Virus record (IMG/VR): IMGVR_UViG_3300050505_000515 | Source of the DNA: a virus | Length of the DNA: 64,000 bases | Reading direction: 5' to 3' (one strand) | Part shown: positions 9,246 through 17,658 of the stretch, piece by piece | Numbering within the stretch: the stretch's first letter is position 1 | Layout: each line of letters starts with the position of its first letter | Notes under the pieces: model-generated | Told to the model about the DNA's origin: nothing | What the model saw: the letters and a program-made list of their open reading frames with translations, nothing else | Database searches by the model: none | Made by a program: the position numbers and the translations under genes

Positions 9246-9399
9246 GCGTCCGAGTGGCTGGGCCGCGAGTAGGGCCTGATGCTCTACCTTTGAGCTACCC
9301 CGGAAGCTTGCGCCGTCGCCGGCGGATCCCCCGAGCGCGGGACTCGAACCCGCACCCTTCAGGTTTCGGTGTGCGTGTAGGGCCCAGCCGGCCGGACAC
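9246..9399 (-). ncRNA. circularly permuted tRNA-like RNA (YrlA-type Y RNA or permuted tRNA)
   Basis: T arm GCGGG-TTCGAGT-CCCGC precedes D arm GCTC-AAAGGTA-GAGC; CCTGA/TCAGG stem; acceptor-like stem closed by CGCCG-GCGA-CGGCG; terminal helix GGCTGGGCC/GGCCCAGCC. Confidence 0.7.
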
Positions 9400-9527
9400 G
9401 GACGGGATGCTACCGCGGCGACGCGAGCTCGGCAAGCTGCTACGCTCGGCGCGGGTTACCTGAGGCCCCACGCCCGCTCCGGAGAGCTCGACAGGATCGT
9501 CTTGAGCCCGAGAGAGCGGGTAGCGCC

Positions 9528-9977
9528 TCAGCCCGCGGCGCGGCCCGGGCGCCTCCGGTCGACGAGCACGCCGCGGACGCACTCGGAGATCATGGCGCGC
9601 ACGTCTTCGAGGCTGCCGGCGAGACCGTCGAGCAGGTAGATGTGCTTCCAAGGCGCCCAGATCGCGAACGAGTATGCGTACGCGCTCGTCGGCGTGAGGC
9701 TCTGCTTCTGCCGCGCCTCGGCCCGCCGGCGCGCGGCTCCGCTCGGGCAGGCCACGAGCGCGACCGCGTAGAACCGAGGCTTGTGGCCGCGGCCGACCTC
9801 GCGCGAGAGGATCCCGTGCGCGGCCGACCGGCGCGCCTGGTGCGCTGGGCCAAGCAGATCCCGGGCCCGGAGGCGCGTGCCGGCGACCGACGCAGCCGGC
9901 ATGAGCGCCGCGGAGAGCGGCGCCGTCGAGAGCTCCGTCGCAGCGTGGTCGTAGCGGTAGAGCCGGAGGTGTCTCAT
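9528..9977 (-). CDS. hypothetical protein
   Basis: ATG overlaps recombinase TGA. Confidence 0.55.
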   Translation of the reverse strand: MRHLRLYRYDHAATELSTAPLSAALMPAASVAGTRLRARDLLGPAHQARRSAAHGILSREVGRGHKPRFYAVALVACPSGAARRRAEARQKQSLTPTSAYAYSFAIWAPWKHIYLLDGLAGSLEDVRAMISECVRGVLVDRRRPGRAAG

Positions 9978-12900
9978 CGGAGCCCCAGCCAGCCGACGAG
10001 CGTCACCGGGCTCGGCACGTGCTGGCGCGCGTTCGCGAGGTAGCGCTTCACGTGCGGAGCGGCGTTGCGTCCGAATTCCTCCTGGAGCGGCGCCTCGAAC
10101 ACGCTCGGGGTCTCGCCGCGTCGCGCCTCCAGCTCTTCGATGCGGGCGCGGGCGAGCCGGCGCTCCCGCGGCGTCGACAGCGACGTCCCCTTCTCGACCT
10201 CCTCCTGGCGGTGGGCGTCCCAGGTGGCCAGGAGCTGCAGCGGCGGCGCGCCGCCGAGGCGGGACCGGAGCTCCGCTTCGAGAGGGGCGGGGCAAGGCAC
10301 CTTGTAGAAGACCCAGGTGTCTAGCTGCTCGGCCAGCTCGCGTGCGAGCGAGGAGCCTGCAAGCTCGGCCGACCTCGGGTCGAACCGCACCGCGCCCGCC
10401 TTCTTCAGCTCCCAGAGCAGGCGTGCGATGCGGCGCGCCACGCACTCGGAGTGCGCGCCGGTGTCCCTCGCGAACCGCACCTGGAAGTCGGGCTTGTGCA
10501 CGATCGTCTGCCGCCCGGGATCGTACGTGAAGAGGTCGCGGTAGTCCCCGGCCGCCGGCATCGAGCCACGAAGCGGCGCGCCCTGGCAGAGCGCGAAGAG
10601 GCCGAGCGCCTCGTCGTCCGCGGCCTCGGGACCGATCAGCTCACCGATCGTGCGCATGTAGAAGTGCCGGCGCAGATCTCGGCGGCGGTCGGCCTTGTCG
10701 GCCATTGCCTCCTCGTTCGGGTCGCCTTGCTTGAGGCCGGAGCGGGTCTTCTTCACGCGCTCGGCGACGAGCGCCTTGATGTCGACGTCGCGGCCGCGCG
10801 TCAGCGTCCTCGCCTGCGCGTGCACCATCATCTCCGCCTCGGCGAGCGCCTTCTGGGCGCGGCGCACGTCCTGCTCACGCGCGGTCCCGTGCCGTACGGC
10901 GCGCTTCGCGTCCTTGAGGTCGTCCTCGGCGGTGTCGTAGGCGCAGAGCAGGCCGATGAGGCCGGCCACCTCCCAGCGCGAGAGCGCCGGCGTCTTCTCG
11001 CCCGGGCCGCGCGGGAAGCGCTTCGTCCGGTCCGGGGGCGCGCGCCCGGTGAGGGCGTAGATCCAGTCGATGAGGTCGGCGCGGTCCTCGGCGGACAGGC
11101 TCGCGAGCGGATCCGCCTCGTCGTACCAGGGCATCTGCACGCGCGGATCCTTCGGGCGGAAGCCCGCGGCCGTGTCGTCCACCGCCCGGCCGACCCGGGC
11201 CTTCTCGCCGCCGCGGCCGCGCGCCTGCATGTACGTGTACGCCCGGAGCTTGAACCAGAGCACGATCATGTCCTCGCGGTGCATCCGGAGGTTTTTCGCG
11301 TGGTCGTCGACGAAGTGGGTGAGCCCGATGGGCGAGTCGTACGGCACCCAGGCGCCGCCGCGGGACTCGCGCTCCATGTCCGTCTGCTCCATGACGCCGA
11401 GCGCCTCTCGAAACCACGAGAGGAGCGCCGCGGCCGCGGTCGGGCCTCGGTCCGGCTCCTCGCCGCTCGACCAGCGCGTCCAGAGATCCTCCAGGCCCTG
11501 CCGGATCGATCCGTACGGGCCGGGATCGTCGACGAGCTGGAGCGGCGCCATCACCGGCATCTCCGGCTTGAGCTTACCGCTCGGGCCTGCCCACCAGACG
11601 AGGCCGGAGGCGCGGCTCACGTAGGTCTGCACGAGCAGGTCGTCGCGCGCCTCGACATCCCCGGCCGACATCTTCTCGGCGTGGAGAGGCTGGCGGGATC
11701 CGCCGGCCTTGCCGGACTCGCCCCAGCGCGCCGCGGTGTAGATCTGGTCGAGCGCGGCCGTGGACGGCAGCTCCGTCACGGTGAGGCCCGAGAGCTCCTG
11801 CTCGCTCGGAAGCGGCTTCTTCGGGGGCGGCTGCCGGCCGATGGCGACGAGGCGCTCCTCCTTCGGGACCGGCGCAGGCGGGGGCGCAGCCGCCGCCGGA
11901 GGGGGCATCACCGGCAGGACCACGGGCACCCCGGTCGTCTCGATGATCTCCGGGCGCCGCACCGGGGGCCTGGCCGGCGACGTGGGCACGGCCGCCGCCG
12001 GCGCGTGCGCTGGTGGTGACGGCGGGGCCACGAAGAGAGAAACCTGGCGCGGATCGCGCGCTTCCACGTACTGGCCGGTGGTGCCGAGGCTCTGGTGCCC
12101 GAGCACGGCCTGCACGACGCGGACCGGGACCCCGGCCTCGACGGCCGTGAGCGAGGCCAGGTGCCGGAGCCCGTGTGGGTGGACGCGCGCGAACTCGTCC
12201 GATCCGGGCGCGATCCCGGCCTGGATGGCGCGCCTCCGGAGCATCATGGCGAAGGCCTGCCGGCTGAGGCCACGCTCTTCCTGGGCCCGCGGGGAGTAGG
12301 CGTTGCAGCCCCAGCGGGCGATGGCGGGCAGGAGCGGCGCCGAGTCCTCCAGGAGGCGCGACATCCGCGAGGTCGTCCCCAGGCTCCGCCGCTCGGCCGC
12401 GTTGGCGAGCTCGGCGATCTTGCGCCGCAGCTCTTCGAGCGCTGCCACGGCTGGCTCCGGCAGCGCGAACGAGCGCGCGCGGCCGCCCTTGCCGACCACG
12501 GTGACGACGGGTGGGTCGCCGGCGACGTCGCTCCGGCGGAGCGAGCCTAGCTCCTCGGCCCGCAGGCCCGTCCAGAGGAAGACGAGGAGCGCGGCGCGGT
12601 CGCGCACGTCCTCGAACGCGCTGCTCGGCGTGGGGGTGCCGTCCTCCATCACGTACGTGGTGGCCAGCAGCTTCTGGAAGGTCTCGATCCCGGGCGTCTT
12701 GCGCGCGCGGGCAGCGGCCTTGTGGCTCGGCGCGAGCTCGACCGCGGCCGCGAGCGGCACCTGCCAGATGTTGTGCTCCAAGAGGGCCTGCTCCGAGCCG
12801 GTGTTCTCGCCGGTCTCGCTGATCCAGTAGGTCCAGAGCGCCGAGAGCGCCGCAAGACGCGTCGCCATCGCGCTGGCACGCTCCGGGCCGCGCGCCGTCG

Positions 12901-13540
12901 TCGCCTCCGCGACCGAGTAGGCGAAGAGATCCGGATCGAGCCGCTCGCCGAGCCGGCCGTAGAGCGTCGGGTCGCGGCGGCGGAGCTCCTCGACCGTGGG
13001 CGTGCGCGCGAAGAGCTTCTCCTCGACGAGGCAGGCGAGCCGGCGATCGAGCCCCGAGGGGTTGTCCTTCTCGATGGTGAGCACGCGGCCGCCGCCCGGG
13101 AGCGTGGTCACGAACTCGCTCCGGCCGGCGAGGCGGCGGCGAATGTCGGCGATGTGCACCCCGGGCGCGTGCTTGACGATCTCGTAGATGGCGTGGTCGA
13201 GCCGGCGATCGGGATCGCGCGCGAGCCGGTGCTCGGCCAGGCCCGTCTGCCGCGTCCGGAGCCAGTCGGCGTAGCGCTGCGCGTCGCGCCGCTCGATCCG
13301 GTCCGGCGTCGGCAGCCGCCCGTAGGTCGACTCGTACCAGTCCCAGAACTCCTCGATCGCGTAGCGGTACGAGCGCGCCGTGTGCTCGTTGGTGAGGCCC
13401 TGGAGGAAGTTTCTGAGGTACTGGATGAACCGGCCGGCCCGCCGCGAGTCGGGGCTACGGCGCCACGCCTCCGCGATCCGGACGAGGCTCGACTGCGTGC
13501 GCGCGCTGGCGTCGGGGTTTTGCTGGGCGAGCGCGGGCAT
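9974..13540 (-). CDS. very large XerC/D-like tyrosine recombinase with long C-terminal extension
   Basis: RDRAALLVFLWTGLRAEEL, GKGGRAR, HPHGLRH, VQAVLGHQSLGTTGQY (complete R-K-H-R-H-Y set). Confidence 0.9.
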   Translation of the reverse strand: MPALAQQNPDASARTQSSLVRIAEAWRRSPDSRRAGRFIQYLRNFLQGLTNEHTARSYRYAIEEFWDWYESTYGRLPTPDRIERRDAQRYADWLRTRQTGLAEHRLARDPDRRLDHAIYEIVKHAPGVHIADIRRRLAGRSEFVTTLPGGGRVLTIEKDNPSGLDRRLACLVEEKLFARTPTVEELRRRDPTLYGRLGERLDPDLFAYSVAEATTARGPERASAMATRLAALSALWTYWISETGENTGSEQALLEHNIWQVPLAAAVELAPSHKAAARARKTPGIETFQKLLATTYVMEDGTPTPSSAFEDVRDRAALLVFLWTGLRAEELGSLRRSDVAGDPPVVTVVGKGGRARSFALPEPAVAALEELRRKIAELANAAERRSLGTTSRMSRLLEDSAPLLPAIARWGCNAYSPRAQEERGLSRQAFAMMLRRRAIQAGIAPGSDEFARVHPHGLRHLASLTAVEAGVPVRVVQAVLGHQSLGTTGQYVEARDPRQVSLFVAPPSPPAHAPAAAVPTSPARPPVRRPEIIETTGVPVVLPVMPPPAAAAPPPAPVPKEERLVAIGRQPPPKKPLPSEQELSGLTVTELPSTAALDQIYTAARWGESGKAGGSRQPLHAEKMSAGDVEARDDLLVQTYVSRASGLVWWAGPSGKLKPEMPVMAPLQLVDDPGPYGSIRQGLEDLWTRWSSGEEPDRGPTAAAALLSWFREALGVMEQTDMERESRGGAWVPYDSPIGLTHFVDDHAKNLRMHREDMIVLWFKLRAYTYMQARGRGGEKARVGRAVDDTAAGFRPKDPRVQMPWYDEADPLASLSAEDRADLIDWIYALTGRAPPDRTKRFPRGPGEKTPALSRWEVAGLIGLLCAYDTAEDDLKDAKRAVRHGTAREQDVRRAQKALAEAEMMVHAQARTLTRGRDVDIKALVAERVKKTRSGLKQGDPNEEAMADKADRRRDLRRHFYMRTIGELIGPEAADDEALGLFALCQGAPLRGSMPAAGDYRDLFTYDPGRQTIVHKPDFQVRFARDTGAHSECVARRIARLLWELKKAGAVRFDPRSAELAGSSLARELAEQLDTWVFYKVPCPAPLEAELRSRLGGAPPLQLLATWDAHRQEEVEKGTSLSTPRERRLARARIEELEARRGETPSVFEAPLQEEFGRNAAPHVKRYLANARQHVPSPVTLVGWLGLR

Positions 13541-13546
13541 GGCGGG

Positions 13547-13840
13547 TCAGTGGACGTGGACCGGGATCGGCGCGTCCCCGTAGGAGAAGCAGACGTGCTT
13601 GCCGCTCGGGAGATCGAAGTGCACGTGGAGCTTGTCGGTCCCGACGCCGAGCTTGTCTGCCAGGATCGCCACCTGGCCCGCCATCCCGAGCACGAGCGCC
13701 ATCTCCTCTTTCGAGATCTCCTCCGGCGGAGCGCCCGACAGGACCAGCTTTTTCTTGCTGGCGACGGCGACGTCCGCCGGCCCGAGGTCTTCCACGGCTT
13801 GTCCGAGGGCCTTCGCCGCGCGCCGGTCGTGGCGGTTCAT
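13547..13840 (-). CDS. hypothetical protein
   Basis: TAAAAT 6 nt before ATG; typical codons. Confidence 0.6.
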   Translation of the reverse strand: MNRHDRRAAKALGQAVEDLGPADVAVASKKKLVLSGAPPEEISKEEMALVLGMAGQVAILADKLGVGTDKLHVHFDLPSGKHVCFSYGDAPIPVHVH

Positions 13841-13849
13841 GGGGCGATT

Positions 13850-14059
13850 TTAGCTGCCTGGCAGCCCGAAGTCGATCTCGCAGAGCACCTGCAGCTCGAC
13901 CACGTGCGCCTCGTCATTCACGAGGTCGCGGTCCTCCGCGTACTGCTTGGCGCGCTCGCAGGCCTCCTCGGCGGAGGCGGCGATCCCGCAGACCGTCACG
14001 CCGCCCTGGACGCCAGGGCTCGGAGCGACCCCGACCTTGTAGCAGTACTGGACCGTCAC
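13850..14059 (-). CDS. hypothetical protein
   Basis: coupled operon member. Confidence 0.55.
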   Translation of the reverse strand: MTVQYCYKVGVAPSPGVQGGVTVCGIAASAEEACERAKQYAEDRDLVNDEAHVVELQVLCEIDFGLPGS

Positions 14060-14313
14060 GGCTCCACGGACACCGCCGCGTCCGCGTACACCGCCGCGAT
14101 CAGGCGCTCGCGGACCTTCTCCACGGAGCGGCAGACGGCCGCGTACTGCGTCGTCTCCCTATCCTCGGCCTCCTCGACGTTGTACTCGGCCTTCAGGTCG
14201 TCCCAGTCGTAGCAGCCCTGTTCGGAGTCCCAGGCGATGCGCCCGAGCTCGTCCACCGGGATGGCCCGGATCCGCTCGACCGCCGCCTCGATCGCCTTGT
14301 CGTCCACGCTCAC
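14056..14313 (-). CDS. hypothetical acidic protein
   Basis: GTG overlaps upstream TGA. Confidence 0.55.
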   Translation of the reverse strand: MSVDDKAIEAAVERIRAIPVDELGRIAWDSEQGCYDWDDLKAEYNVEEAEDRETTQYAAVCRSVEKVRERLIAAVYADAAVSVEP

Positions 14314-14531
14314 CTCTTCTGCTCGTACGCGAGGATCACCGCGCCCTCGACCGGCGCCTGGATCCAGCTCCCGTTTGAGCCCTTCTTGCACTGCCCGTAG
14401 CGGCCGCTCTTCACGTCGGCGAAGTCGTACCAGGTGCCGGGCTCGGGCACCTCGACGACGGTCCAGCGCTCCGCCGGGAGCCGGCAGAGCTCTGCGAACA
14501 TGGCCCGCGATGCGCGCTCGTGGTCGGTCAC
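14310..14531 (-). CDS. hypothetical protein
   Basis: coupled operon member. Confidence 0.55.
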   Translation of the reverse strand: MTDHERASRAMFAELCRLPAERWTVVEVPEPGTWYDFADVKSGRYGQCKKGSNGSWIQAPVEGAVILAYEQKR

Positions 14532-14761
14532 TGGGCGATCTCGTAGTAGTAGCGCGGCCGGTAGCCCCGCTCGGGGCCGCCCGGCTCGGTCGTCACCTTG
14601 AGGACGCCCTCGTCCTCCATGGCTCGAATCGTCGGATAGAAGCGCGCGGCGAGCGCCAGCCGGCCGAAGAAGCCGCGCCGGCGCTCGATGCGCTCACGGA
14701 TCTCGAAGCCCCAGAGCCGACCGTTGGTCAGCTCCGAGAGGATGTCGTCGCGCAGGCTCAC
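14528..14761 (-). CDS. PadR-like winged-helix regulator
   Basis: ILSEL..WGFEI...FYPTIRAMEDEG...GGPERGYRPRYYYEI. Confidence 0.7.
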   Translation of the reverse strand: MSLRDDILSELTNGRLWGFEIRERIERRRGFFGRLALAARFYPTIRAMEDEGVLKVTTEPGGPERGYRPRYYYEIAQ

Positions 14762-15201
14762 GACTCGGGCGGCGCCTTCTTCGGCGCCGGGGCGGGCAGC
14801 GCCTTCTTCCGCTTCGACTTCTCCTCCCCGAGGAGCGGGTCGCCCTTCGGGATCGTGAGCGGCGGCGCGCTGCCGTCGCCGAGCGCCTTCTGGAAGATCC
14901 CCTCGGGCAGCTGCATCCCGAGCTTCTGGGCCTTCTTGGCGCTGAGCGCGCCCGAGAGCACGAGCACCGCCTTGTCGTAGCGCAGGGCCACGCCGGCCTC
15001 GCCCTGGGTGGCGTCGCCGTAGATGAGCGTCCCTTCCTCGCTCTCGGGCTTGTCCGCGAACCGCACGAACCGCTGCCCGGCCCGGTCGACCCAGATGTGC
15101 GTCGCGTCCTTCTCGGGGTCGTCGCTCGCGGCGCCTCGCTGGAAGTTGTTCTCCTCCAGGACCTTCTCGATCTCCTCGCGCGTGATGGCCATGTCCGTCA
15201 T
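14758..15201 (-). CDS. hypothetical protein
   Basis: coupled operon member. Confidence 0.6.
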   Translation of the reverse strand: MTDMAITREEIEKVLEENNFQRGAASDDPEKDATHIWVDRAGQRFVRFADKPESEEGTLIYGDATQGEAGVALRYDKAVLVLSGALSAKKAQKLGMQLPEGIFQKALGDGSAPPLTIPKGDPLLGEEKSKRKKALPAPAPKKAPPES

Positions 15202-15545
15202 TCCTCCACCTCCGTAGTGGCTTTATGGATCGCTTCGCGGAGCGCGTCAGGGATCGATCCGTACATCATGGATGGCACGCGCGAGATGTCCTCCAGCACG
15301 CGCCTGGCCGCCCGGAGCAGATCCGGCGCGGCCGAGATCAGCGCCGCGTTAGCGCGCAGGGTCCGGTCGCTCGCCGCCTCGGTGCGATGGCGCGGGAGAC
15401 CCGCTTGCTGGATCCTGACAGGGCCGGCCTCGACGACGGTGCCGTTGCCGACCACGCGCCACTCGTCCTTGACGAAGCGGTCGATCTGCGCCGGCTGGTT
15501 GCGCAGCGGCTGTGGCGTGTGCGTACGTCGTGCAGCTTGGCTCAT
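15198..15545 (-). CDS. phage protein with ANAALISAAPDLL motif
   Basis: common phage ANA.LI.AAP.LL motif; coupled. Confidence 0.6.
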   Translation of the reverse strand: MSQAARRTHTPQPLRNQPAQIDRFVKDEWRVVGNGTVVEAGPVRIQQAGLPRHRTEAASDRTLRANAALISAAPDLLRAARRVLEDISRVPSMMYGSIPDALREAIHKATTEVEE

Positions 15546-15802
15546 GATGCTCCTCGTTTTTGCTCCTCGATGGCGTCCGTGACCGCGGCGTCGAACTCCT
15601 CGGCGAACTCCGGTCCGCGCGTCTTCAGGGCGTTGCAGAGCGCCGCGCTGAGAGCGTGCGCATCCGGTCCGCAGTGCGCGCACCAGTAGAGGTACGCTCC
15701 CGGCTCCACGTCGGTGAAGTCCATGGTGTAGCGCTCGTCGGCCGCGCCGAGACAGCCAGGCCGGTCGCCGTAATCGCGGCAGAGCTTGGGATCGTCCGTC
15801 AT
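15542..15802 (-). CDS. Cys-containing hypothetical protein
   Basis: coupled; WCAHCG. Confidence 0.55.
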   Translation of the reverse strand: MTDDPKLCRDYGDRPGCLGAADERYTMDFTDVEPGAYLYWCAHCGPDAHALSAALCNALKTRGPEFAEEFDAAVTDAIEEQKRGAS

Positions 15803-17658
15803 GACGCAGGCACCGCCTCGGCCGGCCGCACGATGTTGCTCCGCCTCGTCGCATCGACCAGACCGTTCTTGGCGAGGTGGGCGATGTACTGCCGGAACGT
15901 CCCGCCCGTGATCTCGAAGCCCGTGTGCCGGGCGAGGTCCGCGCGCGTGAGCCCGCTCGGATGCGCCAGCACCGCGTGCAGGATCGTCCGCTCGCCGGCG
16001 CGGAACCGGCCCTCCCAGAGCTCGACGACCTCGTCTCGCGTGAACGGACGCGGCGCAGCCACGTCGACGCGTGCGAGGCCCCTGCTCGTGATGACCAGCC
16101 CGGTCCGCCGGTCCTGCTTCCACTCGTACTCCATCACGTATTCGAGCGTGATGAGGTGCCGGAGGTACTGCCGGAACGTCCCGCCAGTCGGCGCGATCCC
16201 GGTGAGCAGGGAGAGCGAGGCGCGCGAGAGCGTCGTATTGCTCCGCCAGGTCGCGCCCTGCCGCGCCAGGACGACCAGCATCTGCCGCTCGCCGGCCCGG
16301 AGCTCGTCGCTTGGAGCGTCCGTCGGCGTCGCGGCCGGTTTGCCGTTCGACTTCGCCTTCGGGAATGGAGCGACCTCCTTCTCGACCTCGGCTGCATCCC
16401 AGTTCTTCCAGGAGTCCTTCACCTTCTCGCGGCGGCGCTCGCCGAGATTGGCGTGGTCGATGGCGGCGATCGCAAGGCTGAGCTGCTTCTGCTGCTCCAC
16501 GAGGACCTCGCGGACGCGTCCGATGGCCAAGCGGGCGTCGTCGACGAGCCCCTCGGCTTCTGCCTTGACCGCGCGGACGTCCTTCGCGGTCGCTCGGAGC
16601 TCGTCCTCCAGCTTGAGCACGCGCGCCTCGGAGACGCGGGCCATGCTCGGCGGGACGTCGTGCGCGGCCGCGAGCGCCTTCTTGAGCTCGGCCACCTCGG
16701 CCTTGAGGAGCTTCGGGTCCGTCTCCTTCTTCCGGTCGATCGCCGCCGCCATCTTCTTCCGGAACGCGCCGAGGTCCACGTCCGCGCGCGCGGCGGGCTC
16801 GTCACGGGTCACGCCCACCTCGGGCGTGCGGCCGGAGTCGTAGGTCTCGATCGGCAGGGTCTGGACGTGCTGGAAGATGCCGTCGGCGGTGGGCCAGCCG
16901 GGCGACCACACCCAGGCCCGGCCGACGGGCAACGACGGCAGCGTCGTCATCATCCGCACCCGGTCCGCCTCTGTTCCGTGCGTCTCGGTCCAGCCCCGCA
17001 TCGCCTTGAGATCGAGCTCGGCGATCGTGCGCAGCGCGACGAGGACCTGGACCTGCGTGAGCACGTCCTTCGAGAGCACCGCGGTCCGCTGGGTGATGAG
17101 CGTGCAGCCGATGCCGCGCTGGCCGCCGCGGCGCACGATGTCGTTGGCGGCGCCGAGCATGCGCTCGGTGTTGCCGCCCTTCATGCCCTGGCGGCCGGAG
17201 GCCTGCGGGGCGATCTGGTCGGCCTCGTCGATGAAGAGCATGACCGGGGTCCGGTAGCGCTCGTGGTTCTTGAGGCGGTAGAGCGTCTCCAGAAACCCGG
17301 CCATGAACGTCGCCACCTCGTGCTTGCGGAGGTCCGACAGATCCAGCAGCGCGCTCACCCGGTCCTCGACGACGAGCTGGGCCACGAGCTCGCCGGAGCC
17401 GGGCTCCAGGGGCACGTCGCCGCGCTCGCCCCCGAGCGCCACGATGGGCAGGCCCGGGCCGCGCCCGTCCGCGCTCGACTTGATCCCCCACCAGTCCCCC
17501 TTAGGGTCCACGATCACGATCTGCTGGCCGGCGTGGTAGAGCTGCTCGGCGAAGCGCCGGGCGAAGTAACTCTTGCCCGCGCGCTTCATCGCGACGATGC
17601 CGACGGTCTGAGTCACGACGTCCGGCGGCAGGTTGAGCGCGGTGCCGATCCGGATCAC
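15799..17658 (-). CDS. HerA/DUF87-family ATPase with two C-terminal winged-helix-like repeats
   Basis: AMKRAGKS, VIVDPKGDW, LFIDEAD, ITQR; repeated TG..TGGTFRQY..HL. Confidence 0.85.
   Translation of the reverse strand: MIRIGTALNLPPDVVTQTVGIVAMKRAGKSYFARRFAEQLYHAGQQIVIVDPKGDWWGIKSSADGRGPGLPIVALGGERGDVPLEPGSGELVAQLVVEDRVSALLDLSDLRKHEVATFMAGFLETLYRLKNHERYRTPVMLFIDEADQIAPQASGRQGMKGGNTERMLGAANDIVRRGGQRGIGCTLITQRTAVLSKDVLTQVQVLVALRTIAELDLKAMRGWTETHGTEADRVRMMTTLPSLPVGRAWVWSPGWPTADGIFQHVQTLPIETYDSGRTPEVGVTRDEPAARADVDLGAFRKKMAAAIDRKKETDPKLLKAEVAELKKALAAAHDVPPSMARVSEARVLKLEDELRATAKDVRAVKAEAEGLVDDARLAIGRVREVLVEQQKQLSLAIAAIDHANLGERRREKVKDSWKNWDAAEVEKEVAPFPKAKSNGKPAATPTDAPSDELRAGERQMLVVLARQGATWRSNTTLSRASLSLLTGIAPTGGTFRQYLRHLITLEYVMEYEWKQDRRTGLVITSRGLARVDVAAPRPFTRDEVVELWEGRFRAGERTILHAVLAHPSGLTRADLARHTGFEITGGTFRQYIAHLAKNGLVDATRRSNIVRPAEAVPAS

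Noticed and set aside
9246-9399. Two-piece (permuted) tmRNA
   Set aside because: A full D stem is present, there is no G3-U70 pair, no GGGG 5' end and no tag reading frame.
9440-9452. Upstream GCCGAGC as the true 5' acceptor of an intron-containing tRNA
   Set aside because: It pairs with GCTCGG, but the D arm that follows is poor and no 5' anticodon strand pairs with CCTGA, whereas the downstream half supplies both.
15799-17658. HerA-like gene as a virion packaging ATPase
   Set aside because: Its size, the DUF87-type DPKGDW motif, the winged-helix tail and coupling to a Rad50-like gene fit DNA processing better.
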